This document shows, in pieces, positions 25,482-38,699 of a stretch of DNA of 64,000 nt. The stretch is taken from NCBI GenBank assembly GCA_951406725.2, contig OX597815.1, positions 212,102,001 to 212,166,000 of the forward strand, read 5' to 3'. The first letter of the stretch is position 1. Every line of letters starts with the position of its first letter. The notes beneath the pieces were generated by a model, which saw only the letters and a list, made by a program, of their open reading frames with translations, was not told where the DNA came from and made no database searches. The translations under genes were made by a program, and so were the position numbers. The stretch is from Octopus vulgaris. Taxonomy: Eukaryota.

Positions 25482-26483
25482 CATACATACATACATACAT
25501 ACATACATACATACATACATACATACATACATACATACATACATACATACACATACACATAAACTTACACACACGTGTTCCATTTCAGGAAAATAGGTAA
25601 ATAAGACGAACACAATTTCTTAGGCTTAGAATGGTGTTAGAAATAAATAGAATTACATTAACACAATATTAGATATGAATATTTTTCCGGACTTTTATAC
25701 GTGTAAAAGACCTACCTCCAACCTTTTGCTAAGTACTAAATATGTAAGCAGTCCATGTATTAGATATAAATTTGTATGTTACAAAATGAAAGCTATCGAT
25801 ACAATCAAGTAGAAAATAAATATCTTTATCACGAAAATATATAAAATTACTCTTGAGTCCCCTCCTCTGTATGGTTTATCTCTTTGGAGCCTTCAGCAAG
25901 AGGCAATCGGAATTAGAAAAGCTTTCACTGTGTTACATTCAAAATATTTGAAAGTTTAAGAACGAATTGGATCCGATTTCATAAATATACTTGTAAATAT
26001 TGAAGATACATTTTTACGTAACATTCTCTTAATGGAAAATGGTTGTGAATGAGACGAGCATAATCTCATATAGACATTAGCAAATGTTTATAATTACATG
26101 AACGCAATTACTGCAAATGCATATTTTCAGAATTTCTATAAATAAGAAAGAGATCTATACATTTCAAAGTATGTATGCATTGGACGATAAATATTCTGTA
26201 AAGGTTTCATATGGAAGCGATATCCACAATTATTCAAGTAAACCACTTAGGAATGTAGGTACGTTTCCATTTTAGAGTAGAATACACGAAATTGTACAAG
26301 ACTATACAGGATTTCCAGGAGGTAACTAATAAGAATATCTTAAATGTTATCTCCTTGCGTCGGCCCTGGATTTTCACAAGAATTAGGTGTTCACCGTTGA
26401 TTATTTAATACGAGAACACTCATAGACACCCATATTATAAATACTTATAAACACGCAGACAGATACATACATACACAAACGTG

Positions 26484-26563
<80 letters not shown>

Positions 26564-26564
26564 C

Positions 26565-26608
<44 letters not shown>

Positions 26609-26647
26609 TATATATATATACATACATATATATACATACACACACAC

Positions 26648-26717
<70 letters not shown>

Positions 26718-26754
26718 CGTATGCATACATCATGCGTTTTTTTATGTTTGGCCA

Positions 26755-27140
26755 TCTTTTACCTTTAACTTGTGTCAGTCATTACACTGCCTTGAAGGGT
26801 TTTAGTGGAACAAATCGACCCTAGGACTTATTTTTTAGGCCTACAACGTATTTTATCGGTCTCTTTTGTGTTTTAAGTTACAGAGGCATAAACACACCAG
26901 CACCGGTCGTCAAGCTGTGGCGGCGGAGGACAAACACAGATCAAAGACACACTCACATAGGTATATACTCATAGACGACGAGATTCTTTCGTTTTCCGTC
27001 TACCAAATCGACTCACAGGGCTTTGGTCGGTCCAAAGCATTAGTAAAAGGCACTTGCCCAAAGTGCCACGCACTTACCCAAAGTGCCACGCACTTGTCCA
27101 TGTGATTGGGAAGCAAGCTTTTTACCAGAAGCCACACCTG
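26755..27140 (-). mobile_element. Diverged CORE-SINE with LINE-like tail
   Basis: Homologous to 28570-29036. Confidence 0.7.
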
Positions 27141-27374
27141 CGCCATGTGCATGTTATCCGAGGAGGTCCACAGATTTTGAACCTGGAACTTGGTCCATGG
27201 CGTTGTAAGTACAGAAAATACTTTACATCTTCATATACATATATTTCAGTGGATCGTGTGATTTCATGAATATACATATATCGGTGAAGTTAGGAAATTC
27301 ACATTGAGTTCGAGGGAGTATATATATATGCAATGCATATTGTTTGTATAATTAATACCTAAAACTTATCCAGA

Positions 27375-27448
27375 TTGAACAGATGGCAACCTGGGTGAGG
27401 AGTCGTGCTTGGAATTTCGGAGATGGATTATTATTTGCACATGCAAGG
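27375..27448 (+). other. Candidate exon (IEQMATWVRSRAWNFGDGLLFAHAR)
   Basis: TTATCCAG acceptor, AAG|GTGAGA donor, open frame phase-compatible with 29885-29990. Protein not recognised. Confidence 0.25.
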
Positions 27449-27793
27449 TGAGACGGTTTCTTCCCTAATATTCAAAATGTTCACCGTTGATGTTATGATA
27501 CAGAGATCGCATTTACCCTTCAAGACGCAACTACGGGCAAGGTTGTTTATGGAAGACCAGCAGTCACCCACGCATACCATCCTCCTCTCTCCCCACCACC
27601 AATGCTATCCAAGCGAAAGGCAATTGTTGATGCAACTTGGCACCAGTGACGTCGCTACTCATTTCTACTGCTAAGTGAACTCTAGCAACGAGAAATAAAG
27701 TGTCTTGCTCAAGAACACAACACATAGCCCGGGCCGGCAATCGAGCTTACTACCTCATGATTGCGAGCCCGGCGCTCTAACAACTGAACCATG

Positions 27794-27830
<37 letters not shown>

Positions 27831-28569
27831 TACATACATATCGACCAACTTTTTTTCCCTCGAAGCAAGCTTCTGCGTAGTCGCACGGCCTGTTAAACAT
27901 AGCAACTAAATTTCCCTCAAATCATACACCACGTTGTTATGGAAGGGAAGGACGTATTGACAATTCAGCATCTTTTGAAAATAAGAGACAGGATGATCAC
28001 AGCTAAGAATACTTTTGATCGTACGTCTACTATTAAAGTCGACATGGCAAAAGCGACAACAACAATTTGTTTTTGGCTTTGAGTTTTGTTGCTAACGAGA
28101 GAAATCAGTATTTATGGAAGCCAAAACAACAAAAAAGACGCAGTTCGCGGGTTCGTGATGTATTAGAAAATTTACTTTTCTTTGATTACTCGATTCGAAC
28201 TGGTAATAGAATGAGGTAGGTCAGAATAAAACAACTGATTTATACTTTAGGACTGCTTATAAATCTAATTGATTCAGTTTTATAGATTTCTCCAGTTAGA
28301 AAATACATTTAAAGGATCAAACGAAATTTCGATCATTTGGCATTTACAGAATTTTGCAACGTTTCAAACGTCACGTAAGAACTTTTTTTTTTTTATCAAC
28401 CATGCCAAGCAGTTCAATTTCGCAGTTGGTTGGACAGACCAATCTTTCTACAATCTCTAAATAAGCATCAGAGGTAGCAGTTGCCATGAAGTGAAATACA
28501 AATTAAATACATTTTCTTAAAGTAACATCTGTTACTACAAAGAAATAGCTAAGTTGAATTTTATTTTAT

Positions 28570-28826
28570 CATCTCTCTTTTACTCTTTTACTTGTTTCAG
28601 TCATTTGACTGCGGTCATGCTGGAGCACCGCCTCTAGTCGAGCAACTCGATCCCGGCACTTATTCTTTGTAAGCCCAGTACTTATTCTATCAGTCTGTTT
28701 TGCCGAACCGCTAAGTGACGGGGACATAAACACACCAGCATCGGTTGTCAAGCAATGCTAGGGGGACAAACACAGACACACAAACACACACACATACATA
28801 CATACATACATACATACATACATACA

Positions 28827-28862
<36 letters not shown>

Positions 28863-29036
28863 TACATATATACGACGGGCTTCTTTCAGTTTCCATCAAT
28901 CAAATCCACTCACAAGGCTTTGGTCGGCCTGAGGCTATAGTAGAAGACACTTGCCCAAGGTGCCACGCAGTGGGACTGAACCCGGAACCATGTGATTGGT
29001 AAACAAGCTACTTACCACACAGCCACTCCTGCGCCT
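28570..29036 (-). mobile_element. Full-length tRNA-derived CORE-SINE with internal microsatellite and LINE-like tail
   Basis: Head GGCGCAGGAGTGGCTGTGTGGTAAG..GGTTCAGTCCC, CORE-like CCTTGGGCAAGTGTCTT, tail GGCGGTGCTCCAGCATG..CAGTCAAATGACTGAAAC. Further copies or pieces at 29147-29752, 31400-31483/32250-32400, 40135-40485, 52232-52782, 53050-53580, 54068-54795, 55048-55482, 59285-59600. Confidence 0.85.
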
Positions 29037-29277
29037 ATGTAGCTTCAGTTAAGAGGTTATAAGAGCACCGAATTGTTTGCTTTCAGTACTTCTGGTTGGA
29101 CTGTGAATGGGTTTTTTCATATTTCATTGCCGGCACAACGCAGTTTTGCTTACCAACTACAAGGTTCCGGGTTCAGTCCCACTGCGTGGCACCTTGGACA
29201 AGTGTCTTCAACTATAGCCTCAGGCCGACCAAAGCCTTGTGAGTGATTTGATTGACGTAAACTGAAAGAAGCCCGTC

Positions 29278-29325
<48 letters not shown>

Positions 29326-29446
29326 CAAATAAGAAAATGGAGAAACAATTTAGTTTATTCATCAGCTTTCGGATATTAGAATGTTGGATTATTTATTCAT
29401 TTAACAAAATGAGAACCTTAATTCAATACATATATACCTTTTGTGT

Positions 29447-29478
<32 letters not shown>

Positions 29479-29884
29479 TGTATGTATGTATGTATGTATG
29501 TATGTATGTATGTGTATGTGTGTTTGTGTGTGTGTGTGTGTGTGTGTCTGTGTCTGTGTCTGTCCCCCAACATCGCTTGACCACCGATGCTGGTGCGTTT
29601 ACGTCCCCGTGAATTAGCGGTTCGGCAAAACAGACCGATAGAATAGGCACTAGCCTTCCAAAGAATAAGTCCTGGGGTCGATTTGCTCGACTAAAGGCAG
29701 TACTCCAGCATGGCCGCAGTCAAATGACTGAAACAAGTAAAAGAGCAAAAGAGTATGCTTTCTTACGCCACTAAGCTATAAATCAATACCACGAAGTAGG
29801 GGGAGCTAGTGTAGTAGGGTAGTTGAGCACTGAGGGATGAGATAAATGGTAACAGAAACCCAAACCGGTATATTCTTTCCTAAG

Positions 29885-29990
29885 ATACCTGCTGATGATT
29901 TGGTCTATGTGGAGATTTACCAAAAGCTGTCTTCTACTTGAAGATGGTCTCTGTCTTGGTGAAAGCTATCGTGTGACTGGTAAACTGTTG
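29885..29990 (+). other. Candidate exon (YLLMIWSMWRFTKSCLLLEDGLCLGESYRVTGKLL)
   Basis: TTCTTTCCTAAG acceptor, TTG|GTAAGT donor, one open frame. Confidence 0.3.
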
Positions 29991-30057
29991 GTAAGTTGAC
30001 TCTAGCGTAATTTCAAAAGTTTCCATTTGGGATTCTTTCATTTCAAGTATATTGCTA

Positions 30058-30476
30058 AAGGCGGCGAGCTGGCAGAAACGTTAGCACGCCGGGCGAAATG
30101 CTTAGGGGTATTTCGTTTGTCGTTACGTTCTGAGTTCAAATTCCGCCGAGGTCGACTTTGCCTTTCATCCTTTCGGGGTCGATTAAATAAGTACCAGTTA
30201 CGCACTGGGGTCGGTATAATCGACTTAATCCGTTTGTCTGTCCTTGTTTGTCCACTCTATGTTTAGCCCCTTGTGGGTAGTAAAGAAATAGGTATTTCGT
30301 TTGTCTTTACATTCTGAGTTCAAATTCCACCGAGGTCGACTTTGCCTTTCATCCTTTCGGGGTCGATTAAATGAGTACCAGTTATGCACTGGGGTCGATA
30401 TAATCGACTTAATCCGTTTCTCTGTCCTTGATTGTCCCCTCTATGTTTAGTCCCTTGTGGGCAATAAAGAAATAAG
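30058..30476 (+). mobile_element. tRNA-derived SINE with a second copy nested at the internal GTATTTCGT site
   Basis: Variant GGTATTTCGTTTGTC duplicated at 30107-30121 and 30291-30305. Confidence 0.85.
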
Positions 30477-32748
30477 TATAATAGCCTTGAAAAATGTATT
30501 GTAACTCCACGTTTCTCCAAACTTTTAAAAATTTACATCACATGAAGAAGGCTGCAATAAACTACGTACAGGTAATTTTTTTCATCGTAAACTAAAGCCA
30601 GAGAAACATATGATTGCATACATGCTTCATAAGACAAGAAAGAGAAACTCGCAAGCTACATAGTCAGAAGTCAGGATGGAGTTAATTGAACATTGAGTAG
30701 AGAACGAAAGTAAGAATTGTTTTGAATACATCTTGTCTACGAACGACAAACAAACAAATCAACAATGCAAGGTCACCGGGACCCCCAGCAAAATGTTGAA
30801 TGATGACTGAATTTCTCGACAGCACTTATAAACACTTAATCTGCGAGTTAAACGTCTCCCATCCCAACGACTAGAAATAGTAACAACAAAATTCACGTTG
30901 TTGTGTGGGGCTCCCATTGTCAAGTTTGCTCTACCAAAGAGAATGTCATGTAAGTGTCGCGAAAATATATAATTACTTTCTGCAAATGTGTATGTAGCAT
31001 TCTTGAAGATATTTCCTATTTCTGGCTTATTGAATTATTCATTCTGTATGTGCGTGAGTGTGTGCACGCGTGTGTGTGTGTGTATGCGTGCGTGTGTGTG
31101 TATGTTTTATCATTGTTTTCAGAGCACTTTTTCAATCTTCATCTGTGTGTTATCGTACGCCACATGTCTATTGTTCATTTTAGATCTCAACGCTTTTCTT
31201 TTCTTCTTGGCCACTTGTGACAATAAATAACACCCCTCAGTATACAAACACATATCTATCCCACATATATATACATCCATACAAACACTCATAAACACAA
31301 AAGACACTATATCACATGTTATGTGTGTATGTGTTGGTGTGTGTCTGTGTGTGTGTGCGTGCTCACGTGCTTGTGTGCATATGAATATTTTTATCTTTTA
31401 TCTTTTATCTTTTTACTTGTTTCAGTCATTAGACTGCGGCCATGCTGGGGAACCGCCTTGAAGGGTTTTAGTCTTCAGCGAGTTGGTCACTGGTGTAGGA
31501 AAACTTGACCGCTGAAAAAATTCATAGCTTTCCACACGTGATAGAGCTGATAATGTAGAGGCTATCATGAAGTTGAACGTCGTGAATCATATAGCAGGCA
31601 ATGGTTGTTAAAGTGAAGGCTAGAGATCTTTATACTCGGAGTCACCACTTTAGCGAGGGAAGGTGCTAATGCAGATGTCAGCACCTTAATGACTGGACTG
31701 AGTCATTAATCCAATGGCTGTAAAATGCCTCTGGTGTAATAAATAACAACACTTGTGTCCGTGCGTGAACAACTTCGTATTCAAGGTTATATTCAGATGT
31801 GTAACAAATGAATTCATACTGTGAGTACACAATGTTCAATACAGTTATAAGGTTCTGAACATCTTGCCATATTCCACGATGACAGTGAGAAAATAGGAGG
31901 AATTCAAACTACAAAATTACTTTCAGACAGGCACTAGGCGTAGAATAACATAGCGAGTTGCTGGTAGGAAAGAATACCGAATCCGTGTACCTGGATCTCT
32001 CTCCGATGTTGACTTCGTTGCGTCTTTGAGAAGAGGAGGGAAATTCAATTGGAATTCGCTCTTAAGTAGGCAATATTGCTTCTAACACGCTCCTGTGTGT
32101 GGTTTAGCAGGTACGCCTTGTATGCTGACAAAGGAGGAGCTAATCAATGTTTACTTGAAATGTTCTAGAACATTCGACAAGGGAGATAACTATAGCTGAT
32201 TCCTAACGAATATTTTGCGGGCTTCGAACCTGTTTCAAATAGCGTTGCCTTGAAGTCGAACGAATCAGCCCCAGTATTTTTTTAAAACTTAGTACTTATT
32301 CCATCGGTATCTTTTGCCGAACCGCTATAATACGGGGAAGAAAACACACTAGCACTGGTTGTCAAGCGATGGTGGGGGACAAACAGAGACACAAACACAC
32401 ACACTCACACACACACAACACACTAATACACACACACTCATACATACATAATACATACGCACACACGTGCATACATACATACATACATACATACATACAT
32501 ACATGCATGCATACATACATACATACATACAAACATACATACATACATACATACATATACACATACATACATACATACATACATACATACATACATACAT
32601 ACATACATACATACATACATACATACATACATACATACATGAAATACCCAGTACCCAAGATACACTTTCATCTTCATACCTATCATTATTGGAACAACAG
32701 GATACATACCGACCTGTCTGGAGCAAAGTATGGCTGAATTTGGAATCT

Positions 32749-32784
<36 letters not shown>

Positions 32785-33054
32785 TAACCCTTAATTCGTA
32801 TTCTGGAAATGATCGTGATTCCTGAGACTATAAAAATCTGCAAGACCTTAAGATTTAAAGGATGACAGTTAAATCAAAATAATTTCCTTCAGAACCTTGC
32901 TACTGAATCGGTGGACGGTCAAAATGTACTCTAAACTAAAAAGAGAAAGAGAAGTCTGGAGTAGCACGGCTTGCTACCTGTCGATACTTATTCGCCTTTG
33001 AAAACGAATAGATTTCAAGTGAAATACATTCACTGATATCAAAATAGAAATAAA

Positions 33055-33298
33055 ACATTTCTAAATCTCTACAGTAGCTGCAAGATAAAGTGATGGTATG
33101 TTGCCAACTTTGTGTCGCAGCCCCATGAAAACATAAGGACAAAGAAAATGTGTCATGGCCAACTGGAAACGGTATTTCCTAGGGCTAAATAGCAGTAGCA
33201 TTCTTCCCTTTCATTGGACTGCCACATTAAGTTGGCAACATACCATCACTTTATCGTGCTGCGACTGTATAAATCTCTCTGAGCGATTTAGAAATGTA
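33055..33298. repeat. Imperfect inverted repeat, MITE-like
   Basis: Perfect 27-bp core at 33084-33110 and 33229-33255, with imperfect extensions. Confidence 0.6.
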
Positions 33299-33441
33299 AT
33301 ATATATATATAATAAAAATAAGCAATCCTTGTTGCTTATTTTGATTATAATCACCCCATTTCATTTATATGGATAATACCATACCAAATTCTGGTGCCTT
33401 TAACTTAAGTACCATATTCATCTGAATCTAAATTTTTGCTC

Positions 33442-33489
<48 letters not shown>

Positions 33490-33533
33490 CTTTACTGCCC
33501 ACAAGGGGCTACACACAGAGGGAATATATATCT

Positions 33534-33692
<159 letters not shown>

Positions 33693-33693
33693 C

Positions 33694-33787
<94 letters not shown>

Positions 33788-34004
33788 CGATACTATACAG
33801 CGATACAATATCAGGAATACCCCCACTTCAAGCAGAGAAAGGATAAATCAACACCCACAGCATAGACACTGCAACCTCATCCCCACCCAAAGGAGTTACC
33901 AACGAAATCTTCGTCCCATTAACTGGTTAAACAACCATACGCAACAAACCCACACCACTTGCAATGATTACCAACGAAGGCCTCCTAGAACACCACACCC
34001 GAAT

Positions 34005-36458
34005 ATGGGATATCGGGATGCTCTCCTCAATACTGCTCCAAGAACACACACCATAAATCACAACAGGAGACCCCTAATCAACAAAGAACAACTATATACT
34101 AGCTACCGTCCCAACCACCGCATTCATTTTTTTAGACCCAATACGCAAACACAGAGACACAAGATAGCACCAAACAAGCAGGAGGAACCAAAAGTAATAA
34201 AAATTATTAATCTAACTCACAAGGAACTAACAGCAAACCAAATAAACATACTTTCCAAAGGACTCAAGTTTACACCCACCTCACAACACCCCAACTACAA
34301 TGAAATGAAAGAAGACATCGCAGAATTCTGCAGAAAATTAAGACTTACTGAGGAGCTATACGATAAATACAACGAGGACGAATCGTTAGCCAGAAATAGG
34401 AGTAACTACACCCCCTCGAAAGGTAAGAACAAAACACTTGATGATTTCTGTGACCACATATCAAATTACCCATATCAACATATGCACAAACAAAAACACA
34501 AACCAAACTTCAGCAAAAAAGAATGGGCTGAGTTGAACAAATTAAAACTAGATAAAACAATAACAATCAAAGAGGCCGATAAAGGGAGTGCTGTTGTCTT
34601 AATGGATACGACATTTTACATAACTTTGGTACTTTCTATGCTGGAAGACACAACATACTATGAAAAGGCACAAAACTACAGTCAACAAAAAATAATGAGG
34701 GAACTAAAATCCATATTAAACCCATACAAAGCAGGGCTCACCGACAAAGAATATGATTATATGACCAATTTCACAAGTAAAACTAGCCAATTCTACGGTA
34801 TACCTAAGATCCACAAAAGTGAAAAAATAAGCAACGCATGCAAGATAGCTACAGACAAAATAATTAAAGTCCCTAATCCTAATGACCTCAAATTGAGACC
34901 CATAATAGCAGGTCCCGCATGCGAAACCCACCGCCTCAGTAACTTTTTAGACACCCTGTTAAAACCACTCCTCAAACATGTCAAAAGCTATATAAGGGAC
35001 GACTTAGATATGCTCAATCACCTACCGAATACTATAAACAAAAACACCATACTGGTATCCTTCGATGTAGTCAACTTCTACTCCAATATCCCCCACAACC
35101 TAGGACTAGAGGCAATCCAATTCTGGCTAGAGAATCACGCCAACGAACTACCACACCGCATCAAAAAAGAATTTGTGATAGAAGGGGTTAAATTCATCCT
35201 GGAAAATAACTTCTTCGCCTTCAATGACAACTTCTACCGACAAAAATCGGGGACTGCGATGGGTACACGAATGGCCCCCTCCTTTGCCAACCTAGTCATA
35301 GGATACCTAGAGATCAGTCTGTATCGTAAGGTTCTAGAAAGATATGGCAGCCCTTTCTCCATCTACATAGAAAACAACTGGAAGAGATATCTAGATGACT
35401 GTTTCATCCTTTGGCATAAAAATATAGAAAAACTCATAGAATTCCAGAAAATTTTAAACGGACTGGACATAAACATCCAATTCACGATGGAATATAGCCA
35501 ACAACAACTCCCCTTCCTCGATATCCTCATTAAGAAAGCTAATAATATAATAGAAACAGACATATACTATAAGCCTACAGACTCTAAGCAATATCTTCCA
35601 TTCAATTCATGCCACCCCAGACACACCAGGATGAATATCCCCTTCAATCTAGCAAAAAGGATATGCACTATAGTCTCTAACGCAAACACCAGAGACACAC
35701 GACTACAAGAACTAAAAGATACCCTAATCACCAGGAACTATCCACCTTCACTTATTGACAAGTGCATTCAACGTGCCCTTCAACTTAACATCAAGGAACT
35801 GAGACATCCTAAATCAAAGAAAAACTTACAACCAAAAGCCTTACCATACATCTCCACACACAACCCTCTCAATAACGAAGCCTTCGACACCATCCTCCAC
35901 AACATACCCCTCCTAAAAAAAGACCACAGAATGAACACAATCCTCCAAACACACACGATCATAAAAAGCAAAAGACAGCCTAGATCCATGAAAAGTCTCC
36001 TTACACAAGCCCGAATTCACTCTTCAACACAGAAGCCGACAGTAAAAAAATGTGGAAGACCCAATTGCGGGATATGCGACTATCTAATTGAGGGATCAGA
36101 GTTCTCCTTCAAACAGGGACAACGGTTTACAGTGAAAAGCAACTTCACATGTGCTTCGGAGAACCTAATATACTCACTAACCTGCTCCGGGTGTCAAGAG
36201 CAGTACATAGGCCAAACAAAAAATGGTTTGCGTAAACGAATGGCCCTGCACAGATCCCAGATAAAAATTCCCCAAAACAGAAAAATAGCTTTTAGCCAAC
36301 ACATAGATACTTGCGCCAACAAAAAAACACCAAACTTCAGAATTTTCCCCCTCTACCAATTTAGGGACGATACAACCTCGAGACAACGAATAAGTAAAGA
36401 AAATCTCTTTATTACAAAATACAAGCCACTTCTTAACGGGTCTACGACAAACAATTAA
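34005..36458 (+). CDS. Penelope-like reverse transcriptase + GIY-YIG endonuclease
   Basis: [64 protein letters not shown]; CGRPNCGIC zinc motif; LIYSLTC..QYIGQT (GIY-YIG). 817 aa without stops. Confidence 0.95.
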   Translation: MGYRDALLNTAPRTHTINHNRRPLINKEQLYTSYRPNHRIHFFRPNTQTQRHKIAPNKQEEPKVIKIINLTHKELTANQINILSKGLKFTPTSQHPNYNEMKEDIAEFCRKLRLTEELYDKYNEDESLARNRSNYTPSKGKNKTLDDFCDHISNYPYQHMHKQKHKPNFSKKEWAELNKLKLDKTITIKEADKGSAVVLMDTTFYITLVLSMLEDTTYYEKAQNYSQQKIMRELKSILNPYKAGLTDKEYDYMTNFTSKTSQFYGIPKIHKSEKISNACKIATDKIIKVPNPNDLKLRPIIAGPACETHRLSNFLDTLLKPLLKHVKSYIRDDLDMLNHLPNTINKNTILVSFDVVNFYSNIPHNLGLEAIQFWLENHANELPHRIKKEFVIEGVKFILENNFFAFNDNFYRQKSGTAMGTRMAPSFANLVIGYLEISLYRKVLERYGSPFSIYIENNWKRYLDDCFILWHKNIEKLIEFQKILNGLDINIQFTMEYSQQQLPFLDILIKKANNIIETDIYYKPTDSKQYLPFNSCHPRHTRMNIPFNLAKRICTIVSNANTRDTRLQELKDTLITRNYPPSLIDKCIQRALQLNIKELRHPKSKKNLQPKALPYISTHNPLNNEAFDTILHNIPLLKKDHRMNTILQTHTIIKSKRQPRSMKSLLTQARIHSSTQKPTVKKCGRPNCGICDYLIEGSEFSFKQGQRFTVKSNFTCASENLIYSLTCSGCQEQYIGQTKNGLRKRMALHRSQIKIPQNRKIAFSQHIDTCANKKTPNFRIFPLYQFRDDTTSRQRISKENLFITKYKPLLNGSTTNN

Positions 36459-37176
36459 TATACCTCAACTTTAGAATAAAAGAAAAATATATATACACAC
36501 ACAAATATTACACTCCATAGAATCCATTACTAATCAGCCCCTTCATAGCTATACTTACACCCATTCATATTCTCCCTTCTCTGTTTTTTCTTCTCCTTCT
36601 TCTTCCTCTTCTTCTTCATCATCATCATTATCATCATCATCGTCGTCATCATCATCACCACCATCATCACCACCATCTTCTCCTTCTCCTCCTTCATCTT
36701 CTTCTTCTTCTTCTTCTTCTTCTTCATCATCATCATTATCATCATCATCGTCATCATAATCATCACCACCATTACCATCATCGTCATCTTCTCCTTCTTC
36801 TTCTTCTTCTTCTTCTACTTCTCCACCCCCTACCCCTTAACTTTGTCACTAATGTTTTTTAGTATAACACCTACGCTAATTCTATAAACAAGCCTGTCAA
36901 TATAAATATTCTCCTGAATTGAACTGAGACTGCCAGCCGCCACTGACCATTCAAAATACGACCATCAGGGCACTCCCAGATTCTCCCACCCCCTTTCCTC
37001 ACCAGCCTTCTTCCTCTACTACCCTACCAAGAACTCACAACGACCTCCAACACACAAGTGCAAACAAGGGAGTCAGAGAAAGGCAGAATGCCACTTAAAT
37101 CTGAACACTACTATAGAAATATTCTTTCAAAAAAACTTTTCTTCTAATTTTTCTAAATTTAATTATTTAATCGTTA

Positions 37177-37214
37177 CAGTTGAAAAGGTCTCAAAATGAC
37201 CGAAACCGGTACTG
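37177..37214 (+). ncRNA. Minimal type I hammerhead, U3-A8 core variant
   Basis: CAG-TTGAAAA-GGTC(TCAAAAT)GACC-GAA-ACCGGT-A-CTG; palindromic stem III. Confidence 0.75.
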
Positions 37215-37268
37215 AAATGTTCACTTATAAAATTATTTTAGCATTTTCTATTTTTGACTTGTTTTTTC

Positions 37269-37367
<99 letters not shown>

Positions 37368-37573
37368 GTGAAATAGAAAGATGAATAATCTTGTAGCAGA
37401 TTAATCAAAAGTTTAACCGATACCTTGGTAGCAAAAATCACAGCAGAAGACAGCACGGTTGGAGGTACAACCATATGGTGTTGCAACCGTGCGTTGGTGC
37501 GGATAATTGAACTTAAAATATTATTGGTGAATTGAAGAAATGGAGCTGAACGAAGATTGAACAGAAATCGTTT

Positions 37574-37666
37574 TATTTCATTCTACACGTGTTTCGAAAG
37601 GCACAATTTACCAAAATCCGATTGAATAATGAGACCATATTGTGTCTTTCTCTTCAGGAAGAAATA
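37574..37666 (-). ncRNA. Type I hammerhead (left arm)
   Basis: Reverse complement of 37931-38023. Confidence 0.8.
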
Positions 37667-37930
37667 GGAAATCCGTTGGAAAAAACAAAAACAGAACAGA
37701 GGCGGAGCAAAACAAATCGAACTAGGCTCCTAAGAGAACTTTATTCTCGGTCACAAAGAACACCTACACACCCTCACCCACAGGAATGACCGCTGCCTGA
37801 CCCGTTAAAATCTTCAACCACCGGTTCTCAACATACACTGATAAACAGTTTTGCCATGGGCTCTTAGGAGCCTAGTTCGATTTGTTTTGCTCCGCTTCTG
37901 TTCTGTTTTTGTTTTTTCCAACGGATTTCC

Positions 37931-38023
37931 TATTTCTTCCTGAAGAGAAAGACACAATATGGTCTCATTATTCAATCGGATTTTGGTAAATTGTGCCTTT
38001 CGAAACACGTGTAGAATGAAATA
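37931..38023 (+). ncRNA. Type I hammerhead with long stem II (right arm)
   Basis: TATTTCTTC/GAATGAAATA stem I; CTGAAGA; GAAAGACACAAT/ATTGTGCCTTTC stem II; GAA; palindrome ACACGTGT; GTA cleavage triplet (38013). Confidence 0.85.
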
Positions 38024-38070
38024 AAACGATTTCTGTTCAATCTTCGTTCAGCTCCATTTCTTCAATTCAC

Positions 38071-38138
<68 letters not shown>

Positions 38139-38215
38139 ACGGGAAGGTTTATGAAAATAAACAAAAGACGAAGGCAGGTGGAGTACAAACAAACAATTGT
38201 ATTAAATAAAACAAG

Positions 38216-38253
38216 TCTTTTACGTTTCGAGCCTACGCTCTTCGACAGAAAGA
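38216..38253 (-). ncRNA. Minimal hammerhead-like motif with A6U core change, within PLE-type fragment ~38138-38307
   Basis: TCTTT-CTGTCGA-A-GAGC(GTAG)GCTC-GAA-ACGT-A-AAAGA. Confidence 0.55.
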
Positions 38254-38660
38254 TACACAGAAAAGAAACAAGGAGAGAAAAAAATGCGTGTAGGAGCTAA
38301 CGATCATATATAAAGGCACATAGGCCAAAACTTCGTCGTCACTGCCACTCATCTTGTTAAAGTATAATAAATATGTATTTTACTAATAAGTATTGAGCTA
38401 TCTTTCCGTTTATTGTTAAATTGTGTATATATACTTCGCTTTCGCATTTGGTTTGCAAGATCCTTGATGTGAAGTCGTATGCTGGAACAAAGCAGAGCCG
38501 AAGGAGAGAGTGAACGCCATTGATGAGGTCGTTAATGGCGATGGAAGAACTTTGACGAACAACTGATTGATTTTGTAACCAACAGATTATAAACAAGCGA
38601 TCGATTAGTTAGATAACGAACCAATTGATTAACAATAAAGAAGTTATATTGAACTAGTGC

Positions 38661-38697
<37 letters not shown>

Positions 38698-38699
<2 letters not shown>

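Larger units (their letters stand above)
33785..37269 (+). mobile_element. Penelope-like element (endonuclease-positive, Neptune-type), probably 5'-truncated, in (TA)n
   Basis: RT+GIY-YIG ORF, 3' region with trinucleotide tracts, terminal minimal HHR, (TA)n flanks. Confidence 0.9.
37365..38073. mobile_element. Fold-back HHR element: ~213-bp inverted arms (37524-37736 / 37861-38073) plus ~158-bp tail, in (TA)n
   Basis: Arms are near-perfect reverse complements (one mismatch seen). Related short copy at 40610-40831. Confidence 0.85.

Noticed and set aside
25650-26400. Coding-like composition suggesting a decayed gene
   Set aside because: Multiple stops in all frames read and no recognisable motif.
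31485-32240. Segment interrupting a CORE-SINE tail, possibly a decayed LINE
   Set aside because: No convincing motif or TSD; left unannotated.
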